A DNA stretch of 64,000 bases from Ignavibacteria bacterium (lineage in GTDB: Bacteria; Bacteroidota; Ignavibacteria; Tepidaquicellales; OLB5): positions 61,847 to 125,846 of the forward strand of contig JAUQWS010000109.1 of the NCBI GenBank assembly GCA_030835025.1. The letters are read 5' to 3'. Below, piece after piece: positions 57,023-64,000 of this stretch (positions are counted from its first letter, which is position 1; each line of letters starts with the position of its first letter). The notes below the pieces were generated by a model, which worked only from the letters and a program-made list of their open reading frames with translations, was not told the DNA's origin and did not search any database. The position numbers and the translations under genes were made by a program.

Positions 57023-58135
57023 GTGAAAAAAACAAGAATTGCCTTAACACTTTTTGCACTGATCACAACCAACCTCTCAATTTCTCAGCCAAATGATCCG
57101 ATGATAAACTCTTATTGGTACTTTTATTCTAGTAACTTCCTTGATGCAGTCTCTTCAGGAAAAGGAAATACAGGGATTGGTTCAACCGGGAATATCTCTG
57201 CAATACAGCTTAATCCCGCATCTATGGAAATACCGGGGAAATACCAGGCTGATTTACAGTATACATACAAAACAAACCAGCCATGGCTCCCGGGTCTTGA
57301 TATTGGTGACCTTTACCTGAAACAGAATATCTTTTCAGGTTCTGCGGGATTTGGTTACAGGATAAACAAGAACTTTCAGGTTGGATTCCTTTACAGTAAT
57401 CCCAAAAGTATGACTCTTAATGTCGGAGAGATTATCACGACAAATGAGTTTGGGGAAGAGATCAACAGGTATGACGCATATGATAAGTATAACATACATT
57501 CATTTTCTGTTCCTCTTGTGTACAGTACAGAAAAGCTTCGTCTGGGATTATCTGTCAGTTACAACCTTCACAGAAGATATGCCAATTTCAGTAACAACAA
57601 TGAAGTGACCGGCAAAGTCAACCTGTTTAATCTTCAGGGCGGCATCATAGTTAAACCTTTAAAAGAACTCTCGATCGGGGTAACTTTCTCACCCCAGATA
57701 TCAGGCGATGTCACTTATGATACACCACTCTTCTTTTATGAAGAAGATTATGAGGTTGTCATTCCAATGGAGTTCGGTGCCGGAATCGAGTATACTTTCA
57801 GAGGCAATTTCCTGAAGCTTTCAGGTGATTATACCTATACGAATTCATCTATAGAAACGTATCAAAAGGACCTCCACAAGGCACACCTGGGAATAGAATA
57901 TTTAGTTGATAAAAACTGGACTGTAAGAACGGGTTTTTTCACTTCACCGGATGTAAGAGATCTGCCGGGAAGTTACTTTAATTATAATGAGTCCTATGAA
58001 CAGATATTCTTAACACTTGGTGCAACATTAAAGCTCAAGAAAGCTTCTCTCTCGCTTGCTGTTATGGATAGTCATATTTCTTCAGACGATTTGAAATATA
58101 CGTTTATTAATGGCGGATTAACATTTGATTTTTGA
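57023..58135 (+). CDS. outer-membrane beta-barrel protein, FadL/PorV(OmpP1)-like (paralog A)
   Basis: GTG start and signal peptide. N-terminal GKGNTGIGSTGNISAIQLNPASM (hatch-like NPA motif), alternating beta-strand pattern, and C-terminal ...GGLTFDF. Confidence 0.5.
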   Translation: MKKTRIALTLFALITTNLSISQPNDPMINSYWYFYSSNFLDAVSSGKGNTGIGSTGNISAIQLNPASMEIPGKYQADLQYTYKTNQPWLPGLDIGDLYLKQNIFSGSAGFGYRINKNFQVGFLYSNPKSMTLNVGEIITTNEFGEEINRYDAYDKYNIHSFSVPLVYSTEKLRLGLSVSYNLHRRYANFSNNNEVTGKVNLFNLQGGIIVKPLKELSIGVTFSPQISGDVTYDTPLFFYEEDYEVVIPMEFGAGIEYTFRGNFLKLSGDYTYTNSSIETYQKDLHKAHLGIEYLVDKNWTVRTGFFTSPDVRDLPGSYFNYNESYEQIFLTLGATLKLKKASLSLAVMDSHISSDDLKYTFINGGLTFDF

Positions 58136-58161
58136 ACTTGCAGTTAAAGACAAATAATATT

Positions 58162-59298
58162 ATGAAAACAATTATCTTTGCTTCACTACTTTTAACATCA
58201 TCACTTCTTTATTCGCAGACCTACGAAGCTGAAGACTTCATGATGTCTTCGGCCGGAGAAATGTATTCGGTTAATTACCTTAACGGAGAAAGTAACGGTA
58301 GAGGTAACACAGGCATTGGCGGCACACAGAATATCAGCGGAACATTACTGAATCCTGCGGCCTTGCGTATCAGTTCCGGGAATCAGGTCGCATTCCAATA
58401 TTCATACAAAAGTGTACAGGAATGGGAAGTAAACAGCACTTTAATTGGGAGTTATACCTACAAAACAAAACCCGTTACTCCCTCGGCATTCATAGCATAC
58501 GGAAGAAAGTTAAACAAATTTGTGTCCGCAGGATTTATTTACAGTAATGCTCTGGGCCAGAAAACTGATCTGTCAGGTACTCCATTTTCAATGGATGATT
58601 ATGATCAGTATTATGAATACAATGTTCATTCATTCTGGATTCCATTTTCATACAATATGGGTATGTTGAGCGCAGGTATCAACCTGAATTTCAGCTACCA
58701 CAGGAATTTCATCCATGGCGCCACAACACTCCAGTCACCGGATACCAGGATCGATGTTGTGAGCAGTTTCTCGCGCTTTAATGTCCAGGGAGGTTTGCTG
58801 TTTACACCTGCTGAGCAATTTTCAGCAGGAGTAACATTCACTCCCGGCTTCAAAGCTTATCCTGAGAGCGACGAAATGCAAGTCTCATCAAATATTAAAG
58901 TCGTATCTAAATTCCCGATGAGAATAGGTGCCGGCATAAAGTACACTCCGGTTAAGAATAAACTGAATCTTTATTTTGATTACAATTTCGTCCAAACCTC
59001 GGATCTGGTAGGATACAAAGACAGGCATGATTTCAACTTTGGGGGGGATTTAATGGTGAATAAGAATCTCACTTTCAGAGCCGGTGCTTTTACTTTTTTT
59101 GATAACCGGGATTTTTTAGACCAGACAATTATAACTTATGCTCACGCACAAGGAGAGTATGAACAGATCTTTCTGACAATCGGCGGAACTGCAAAGTTCA
59201 AGAATCTTGAAGTAACCGGTTCAGTGATGGATAGCCATATTTCAAGCGGGTTTGTAAAAGTCACGCATATAAATCTGGGGGGAGTTGTGAACTTTTAG
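58162..59298 (+). CDS. outer-membrane beta-barrel protein, FadL/PorV(OmpP1)-like (paralog B)
   Basis: The ATG at 58162 gives MKTIIFASLLLTSSLLYSQ. Shares GRGNTGIGGTQNISGTLLNPAAL and YEQIFLTIGG...VMDSHISSG with paralog A. Ends ...GVVNF. Confidence 0.5.
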   Translation: MKTIIFASLLLTSSLLYSQTYEAEDFMMSSAGEMYSVNYLNGESNGRGNTGIGGTQNISGTLLNPAALRISSGNQVAFQYSYKSVQEWEVNSTLIGSYTYKTKPVTPSAFIAYGRKLNKFVSAGFIYSNALGQKTDLSGTPFSMDDYDQYYEYNVHSFWIPFSYNMGMLSAGINLNFSYHRNFIHGATTLQSPDTRIDVVSSFSRFNVQGGLLFTPAEQFSAGVTFTPGFKAYPESDEMQVSSNIKVVSKFPMRIGAGIKYTPVKNKLNLYFDYNFVQTSDLVGYKDRHDFNFGGDLMVNKNLTFRAGAFTFFDNRDFLDQTIITYAHAQGEYEQIFLTIGGTAKFKNLEVTGSVMDSHISSGFVKVTHINLGGVVNF

Positions 59299-59299
59299 A

Positions 59300-60265
59300 T
59301 CATTTCAAAGCATTATGCATTAATTCTATCAGCTCCGGATTCGGCAGACCTTTTTGCTGATTCAGCAGCATTACAAAATGATCAGCTGAAAGCTCTTCTG
59401 CATGTATTATATAATCAGAGTTCTTCCCTATCTGCTCGTAGAATCCTTTGACTTCCTTGATTTTCAGTATCATTGGTTTATCTCCGCGATACACTGCTTT
59501 CTTATTGAACTGCTCACCATCAACAACAAGCATTCCAAGCTGAAGATAAGCAAAGAAGCTGCCGCCGTCATATTCCTTGGGTGAATACAGTATCAGCATC
59601 ACATCAAGAGGATTGTTTTCATAGTTTACTTTCAGATAATAATCATTGAACGGCGCATCCGGATTTGAAATCCTTTTATCTGCAATTTCAGGCGGGTACG
59701 GAACCTCGTTGCATTTTGTGAATCCAATTGTACTATAGACCTTTTCTCTCATCTCAGGATCATACCGCGAAAGCACATGAAAAAGCTCATGAATAAAAAG
59801 ATCCTCAAGGCTCTGCCTGTTGCCCGTAATGCGTGAATCCTTAAGTACAATGTAGTTTCTCCTTGTGTATCCTTCTGCGTTACCTTCATTATCCATTGTA
59901 GACTTTATTATCTCAATTGTCTCCGGCATTTTGATCCTTAGTTCCAGCGCGGCTATCTTCTTAGCTGCTGATCCTATGATATTACCCATTATCCTGATCT
60001 CTTCTTCAGTCCAATTGAGGTTTTGTGAACAGGCATAATTGAAGTAATCCTCAAGAACTGCACCCTTTTTATTATCTGTCTTGGATCCAAGGTCAAATCT
60101 TGAAAGTACTTTTGTATAATCATCTTCAATGCGCAACAGCTCATTAGCCCTTGCAACGTTAACCATTTTAACAAATGTACCGGGCTGCAGCTGGAATTCT
60201 TCCTGTGCAAATACGCAAACACTGATGGAAGCGAGCATTAATATTGCTATTCCTGTTTTTTTCAT
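59300..60265 (-). CDS. secreted zincin-like (HExxH) protein of unknown function
   Basis: The ATG at 60265 gives the signal peptide MKKTGIAILMLASISVCVFAQ. There is a single HELFH motif (FIHELFHVLSRYD). Confidence 0.45.
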   Translation of the reverse strand: MKKTGIAILMLASISVCVFAQEEFQLQPGTFVKMVNVARANELLRIEDDYTKVLSRFDLGSKTDNKKGAVLEDYFNYACSQNLNWTEEEIRIMGNIIGSAAKKIAALELRIKMPETIEIIKSTMDNEGNAEGYTRRNYIVLKDSRITGNRQSLEDLFIHELFHVLSRYDPEMREKVYSTIGFTKCNEVPYPPEIADKRISNPDAPFNDYYLKVNYENNPLDVMLILYSPKEYDGGSFFAYLQLGMLVVDGEQFNKKAVYRGDKPMILKIKEVKGFYEQIGKNSDYIIHAEELSADHFVMLLNQQKGLPNPELIELMHNALK

Positions 60266-60483
60266 CCTCTTGTTTTGATTATCATCGGTGAGAATTGGCC
60301 TTCGCAAATTGCATTACTTGAATAAGACCTAAAATAGCGATTTAAAGTTTCATTTTAAATAATTGAATAATTAATCCTGAATACCTGAAATCCCCTACCG
60401 GAGGCAATATTATGGAATAGTCTTCATCGAAAAATTAAAGAAATCGGCTACATTTTCCCAGAAAATACTGAATACTTGAGGAT

Positions 60484-60499
60484 TTTGACAAAAGTCAAA
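60484..60499. promoter_or_regulatory. candidate CRP/FNR-family operator (TTTGAC-N4-GTCAAA)
   Basis: Perfect palindrome fitting the TTG-N8-CAA core of FNR/Dnr/NnrR-type boxes. Its centre lies about 60-66 nt upstream of the likely start (60552/60558) of the NirK-like gene. Confidence 0.45.
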
Positions 60500-60551
60500 T
60501 TAGTTTATGACTTTTATCGTTAACTTTGTTTATACAAACAATCAAACAGAA

Positions 60552-62258
60552 ATGATTATGAAAAAGTCCATTTTCAATTCTTACGGAGCTCTTGCGTTAA
60601 TACTAATAAGTATTGAGTTATTCTCGTGTCCATATTGTAATCTTGAATTTTACAAAGAAATTAAGGGATTTCGGCAGAATACTCTAATTGGTCAGGAACT
60701 GCTTGCTTCAATAACTAACCAGTTCTCAGCCGGAGTGCAGAACTACAATCAGAATCTCTGGTCTTCTGTCGTGCAGGTTCCCCCCGCCGGTGAACAAACC
60801 AAAGCTCCGCAATCAACCGATAAAAGGGAATTCATAGAGATCATTAACAGAGATAACAGCCTCTCAATTCCGCCGACCAGCTATGTTCCGCAAAACACTC
60901 CTCCAACCAAGAAAGTAACAATAGAATTATCCCAGGGAGAAACGTACTTAGGCAACGGTGTTATCTTTAAAGGCTTCACAACCAACGGTACTGTACCGGG
61001 ACCCACCATAATTGTTGATGAAGGTGATATTGTGGAATTCACGGTAGTGAATAAAGGAACCATCCCCCATGGGGCATCAATACACGCGGCATATACCCAA
61101 ACATCGAAGTATCTCGGAAAAATTGAGGCGGGTGCAACAAAAACAATGGTATTCAAGGTCACTCAACCCGGAGTCTACATGTACCACTGTGCACCGGGCG
61201 GACACGCCATTCCGATGCATATTATTTTCGGGCAGTACGGAATGATGGTTGTGAAACCCAAAAAACAATACAAACTCGAACAGTTACTCCATAAGGCACC
61301 TGATGTGGAAATATATCTGACTCAGCATGAGATCTACGCAAGCGGAGAAGATGCCATTAACAGCCGGCCAATTTATACTATGTTTAACGGAAAAGTTTTC
61401 AGATATGTTGAAGAACCCATAAAAGCAAAGCCGGGTGATTATGTCAGAATTTATTTCCTGAATGCCGGACCGAACCTGCTTTCTACATTCCATATAGTAG
61501 GTATTCTGTGGGATTATGTTTACTGGCAGGGTAATCCCGATGTCATTATGCCCGGCGGCCAGACAGTCACTGCGGGGCCAGCAGATACATGGGTAATCGA
61601 ATTCAGAATGCCGCCGGATGAAGGTGCATATACAATGCTCACTCACGCAGTCGGTTCTGCTGATCGCGGCGCAATTGGGCTGATTGTGTGTGATGACAGC
61701 GCGAAGACACCGCTAACAGTATTAAGTGACGGACCGAAATATACAGAGGCTGAATTCAATGACATAAAATCAAAGGCAACAAGGATAGTCGCTCCGTTCG
61801 AGCCAGGCAGTCCGGATGTTGATGTTCCGGTGATATACGGCCCTGACACCAAGGAGGTTTTGATAAGGATAATCGGGAACTCATTTTCACCCAAGGTCGT
61901 GCAGGTAGCAACGGGAACAAAAGTAACATGGGTTAACGAGGATGTATTCAGTTACATGGAGGGTGAATTTGGAGGCATACACAACGTGGTTTCTTATGAA
62001 GGAGGCCCGCAGGCATTTTCATCTAATTTGCTTGCTCATACGGAAAAATTCACTCAGGAGTTTACTGAAGAGGGCGAGTATAAGTATATGTGCACCCCCC
62101 ACCCATATATGAAAGGCGTGCTTAAAGTTTCAGACCTAGGGGGCGGATATTCATCAGCCGGTACATCTATGATAGGTCTCGGTTTTCTTTCAGCAATTCT
62201 CTTCTTAGTTCTGCTGATGCTTGTTGTAATGGTATTTGACCGAAGAAAAAAGAGTTGA
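60552..62258 (+). CDS. NirK-like two-domain copper protein fused to an amicyanin-like cupredoxin and a C-terminal TM anchor
   Basis: Residue numbers count from the ORF-track start at 60507. PHGASIHAA (aa 187-195) and YMYHCAPGGHAIPMHIIFGQYGMMV (aa 224-248) parallel the NirK HNxDFHAA and YHCAP...PWH..SGMNG blocks. The C-terminal VTWVNED...IHNV...EYKYMCTPHPYMKGVLKV closely parallels the amicyanin CTPHPFM. TM anchor is MIGLGFLSAILFLVLLMLVVMVF. Confidence 0.65.
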   Translation: MIMKKSIFNSYGALALILISIELFSCPYCNLEFYKEIKGFRQNTLIGQELLASITNQFSAGVQNYNQNLWSSVVQVPPAGEQTKAPQSTDKREFIEIINRDNSLSIPPTSYVPQNTPPTKKVTIELSQGETYLGNGVIFKGFTTNGTVPGPTIIVDEGDIVEFTVVNKGTIPHGASIHAAYTQTSKYLGKIEAGATKTMVFKVTQPGVYMYHCAPGGHAIPMHIIFGQYGMMVVKPKKQYKLEQLLHKAPDVEIYLTQHEIYASGEDAINSRPIYTMFNGKVFRYVEEPIKAKPGDYVRIYFLNAGPNLLSTFHIVGILWDYVYWQGNPDVIMPGGQTVTAGPADTWVIEFRMPPDEGAYTMLTHAVGSADRGAIGLIVCDDSAKTPLTVLSDGPKYTEAEFNDIKSKATRIVAPFEPGSPDVDVPVIYGPDTKEVLIRIIGNSFSPKVVQVATGTKVTWVNEDVFSYMEGEFGGIHNVVSYEGGPQAFSSNLLAHTEKFTQEFTEEGEYKYMCTPHPYMKGVLKVSDLGGGYSSAGTSMIGLGFLSAILFLVLLMLVVMVFDRRKKS

Positions 62259-62277
62259 GTGGTTTTCATGACCGAAG

Positions 62278-62308
62278 AAAAAGGAAGCTCTAAAGGCTTC
62301 CTTTTTTT
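62278..62308 (+). terminator. rho-independent terminator
   Basis: AAGGAAGC-TCTAAAG-GCTTCCTT followed by a T-run. Confidence 0.7.
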
Positions 62309-62383
62309 GAGTATAATACAAAACAAAATCTTTTAAATACAAGTTTTATTCATTAATTTACCTTAATCTAAAGCGAGAAAACA

Positions 62384-62725
62384 ATGAAATTTGAATTTTC
62401 ACCGTATATAGCTGTGCAGGTTCAGGACCACAACAGGGCTGTTGATTTTTATAAACGGGTTCTGGGAATGGATTTCATCGATTCAAAAGGAAATGATACA
62501 TACCTTAACAAAGACGGGATAAATTTTGTATTTGAAAATGCACCTTCTGCAGGTGCCGTTTTTTTTGAGTTCAGGACGGATAATCTTACAGAGGCAAAAA
62601 AAGCACTTGAAAATGAAGGCTGCAGGGTAACTCAGGTTTACAATGAGCACAGTATAATGTTCAGCGACCCGTTCGGTATGAATTTCCATGTTTGGGAAGA
62701 CGGCGCTTTTCCGGAGAATCCGTAA
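62384..62725 (+). CDS. VOC (glyoxalase/bleomycin-resistance/dioxygenase) family protein
   Basis: 113 aa. IAVQVQDHNRAVDFYKRVLGM...F.D.FG..FH.WE pattern of a single VOC module. Confidence 0.6.
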   Translation: MKFEFSPYIAVQVQDHNRAVDFYKRVLGMDFIDSKGNDTYLNKDGINFVFENAPSAGAVFFEFRTDNLTEAKKALENEGCRVTQVYNEHSIMFSDPFGMNFHVWEDGAFPENP

Positions 62726-62741
62726 GTTTTACTTTCTTGTG

Positions 62742-62760
62742 TTCCCCTTGTCAAGGGGAA
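62742..62760. terminator. GC-rich hairpin between convergent genes (no clear U-tract)
   Basis: TTCCCCTTG-T-CAAGGGGAA inverted repeat. Confidence 0.35.
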
Positions 62761-62813
62761 GTGAAAAAGGCCGGATTACCTTAGCCCGGTTACGGATTTA
62801 AATGGCAATTCAT

Positions 62814-63305
62814 CTATTTGTTGAAATAGAACCTCAAACCCAGCTGCATACCGCCGTATGCAGAAACGTAGTTTTTGGGGTATAAATTAAACTTACCTTT
62901 CAGGTTGATATCAAGATCTTTTGATACCGGATAATTCAGTCCCAGACCCAGATTTATTCCAAGGTAATTACCTGAATAACTCCCTCGGAAAATATTATAG
63001 CTCAGCCCGGTCTCAACACTTCCGCTCAACTTCTTCATATCGCCTAAATACCATCTTGGACCCATGCTGAATTCAATTATCTTCGATTCTCTATCATCGA
63101 AAAGGAAATTACCGGTGGAATTAAAATAAACCCCGAATCTGTCGTTTCGTGCCTCAAGATCCAGTCCGATCCGTGGCCCCGTTTGATTATTACTATACCC
63201 AAATGCTCCGCCGTAAATTGATGCTGAAAGGATTTGTTTGCTTTGAGAAAATGTTGTTAAAGTTGAAAAGGTGAGAATTAAGACTGCCAGGGATTTCATA
63301 TTCAA
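62814..63305 (-). CDS. small outer-membrane beta-barrel protein (OmpX/OmpW-like)
   Basis: Signal peptide, Gly/aromatic-rich alternating strands, 163 aa. Confidence 0.55.
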   Translation of the reverse strand: MNMKSLAVLILTFSTLTTFSQSKQILSASIYGGAFGYSNNQTGPRIGLDLEARNDRFGVYFNSTGNFLFDDRESKIIEFSMGPRWYLGDMKKLSGSVETGLSYNIFRGSYSGNYLGINLGLGLNYPVSKDLDINLKGKFNLYPKNYVSAYGGMQLGLRFYFNK

Positions 63306-63368
63306 TAGTTTAGTTTGCAGTTAAAAACTTCATAAAAGGTGAAAACCGGATCTTATGCTTCGCAGAGT

Positions 63369-64000
63369 TCATGCCTTTTCTTCCCAAACAACGGCGATAT
63401 TGATTATAGTTTCCACCGCTTTCTGCATATCCTGAACTGACACCCATTCCTGCTTGCTGTGGAATGCGTGCTCACCTGCAAATATATTAGGACATGGCAG
63501 ACCCATAAACGATAGCCTTGAGCCGTCAGTTCCGCCGCGTATAATTTTCTTCTTTGGTGTTATTCCGGAGCGTTTAACTGCCTCGATTGCGTAATCTACA
63601 ACCTGCGGATGCTCATCAAGGACAGATTTCATATTGCGATAAGATTCTATAACTTTGAACTCGTAACTGCTATTTCTGTAAGAAAATACGACGTTCTTCG
63701 TAATGTTATCCAAATATGTTTCTTTTTCGCTAAGTCCGGCGACTTCGAAATCCCTGATGATGAATTTCAACACTGCGCTTTCTGCAGAACCGCTTACGGA
63801 TACAGGGTGAATAAAACCTTCCCTGCCCTCGGTGGTTTCGGGTGACATTGTTTTCTCAGGCAAACGGGCTATAATATCACCTGCAATTTTGATGGCATTT
63901 TCCATTTTACCTTTGGCATATCCCGGGTGAGTTATCACGCCATGTACTTTGATTATTACTGCATCGGCATTAAATGACTCATCTTCAATGTTCCCCAGAG
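63369..64000 (-). CDS. pepT: peptidase T (M20B tripeptidase), C-terminal part; start lies beyond the right edge
   Basis: The reading frame stays open upstream of the GTG used by the ORF track (my translation: ...LGNIEDESFNADAVIIKVHGVITHPGYAKG). The C-terminal IRGGTDGSRLSFMGLPCPNIFAGEHAFHSKQEWVSVQDM matches PepT. Confidence 0.8.
   Translation of the reverse strand, partial: LGNIEDESFNADAVIIKVHGVITHPGYAKGKMENAIKIAGDIIARLPEKTMSPETTEGREGFIHPVSVSGSAESAVLKFIIRDFEVAGLSEKETYLDNITKNVVFSYRNSSYEFKVIESYRNMKSVLDEHPQVVDYAIEAVKRSGITPKKKIIRGGTDGSRLSFMGLPCPNIFAGEHAFHSKQEWVSVQDMQKAVETIINIAVVWEEKA

Noticed and set aside
1-64000. Scan for tRNA, rRNA, transposase, integrase, phage or plasmid genes and long direct or inverted DNA repeats
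   Set aside because: Nothing was found by eye. The intergenic regions are short or AT-rich with no cloverleaf-like GC stems. The only repeated units are paralogous genes (33197-37463 and 57023-59298).

Overview
AT-rich, densely coding chromosomal segment (about 55 credible CDSs). I found no rRNA, tRNA, CRISPR array, transposase or integrase. Six proteins end in the T9SS C-terminal sorting domain (NYPNPFNP...YFY...KM.L[IV]K). With the gene families present, this suggests an FCB-group bacterium, possibly Ignavibacteria-like; that assignment is inference only.

Content, left to right:
- Split BcrAD-type activase genes, then an hpnC-hpnD-ABM-hpnE squalene module.
- A seven-gene TolC/MacA/ABC operon with an embedded TPR protein and a small lipoprotein.
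- PQQ sugar dehydrogenase, lipocalin-like protein, DinG-like helicase.
- A T9SS-cargo neighbourhood: two BNR propellers, a cupredoxin, and a 1066-aa peptidase-like/TolB-like/Omp85-like fusion.
- cdd-tdk-LOG, a GT9 glycosyltransferase, a PPi-type PFK, a YfgM-like protein, CvpA, and an NtrC-like regulator with a degenerate GAFTGA loop.
- Three tandem T9SS beta-propeller paralogs, rlmB, an MFS transporter plus HAD phosphatase.
- Isolated nuoK-nuoL and a separate nuoN, a P-loop NTPase plus an ATCase-like gene, ssb, and VWA plus NHL genes.
- A beta-CASP nuclease, rhodanese-persulfide dioxygenase plus SulP, an ALDH, and two tandem FadL/PorV-like barrels.
- A zincin lipoprotein, a NirK-like copper protein with a fused amicyanin-like domain and membrane anchor, and pepT (partial).

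Most interesting candidates:
1. The 1066-aa Omp85-like fusion.
2. The NirK-like protein, which by hand alignment lacks both catalytic residues and sits behind an FNR/CRP-type palindrome.
3. The ABC/TolC operon with its CTD-like lipoprotein.
4. The triplicated T9SS propeller array downstream of the GAFTGA-degenerate regulator.

All family calls rest on motif recognition by eye. No database search was run, so novelty is unverified.
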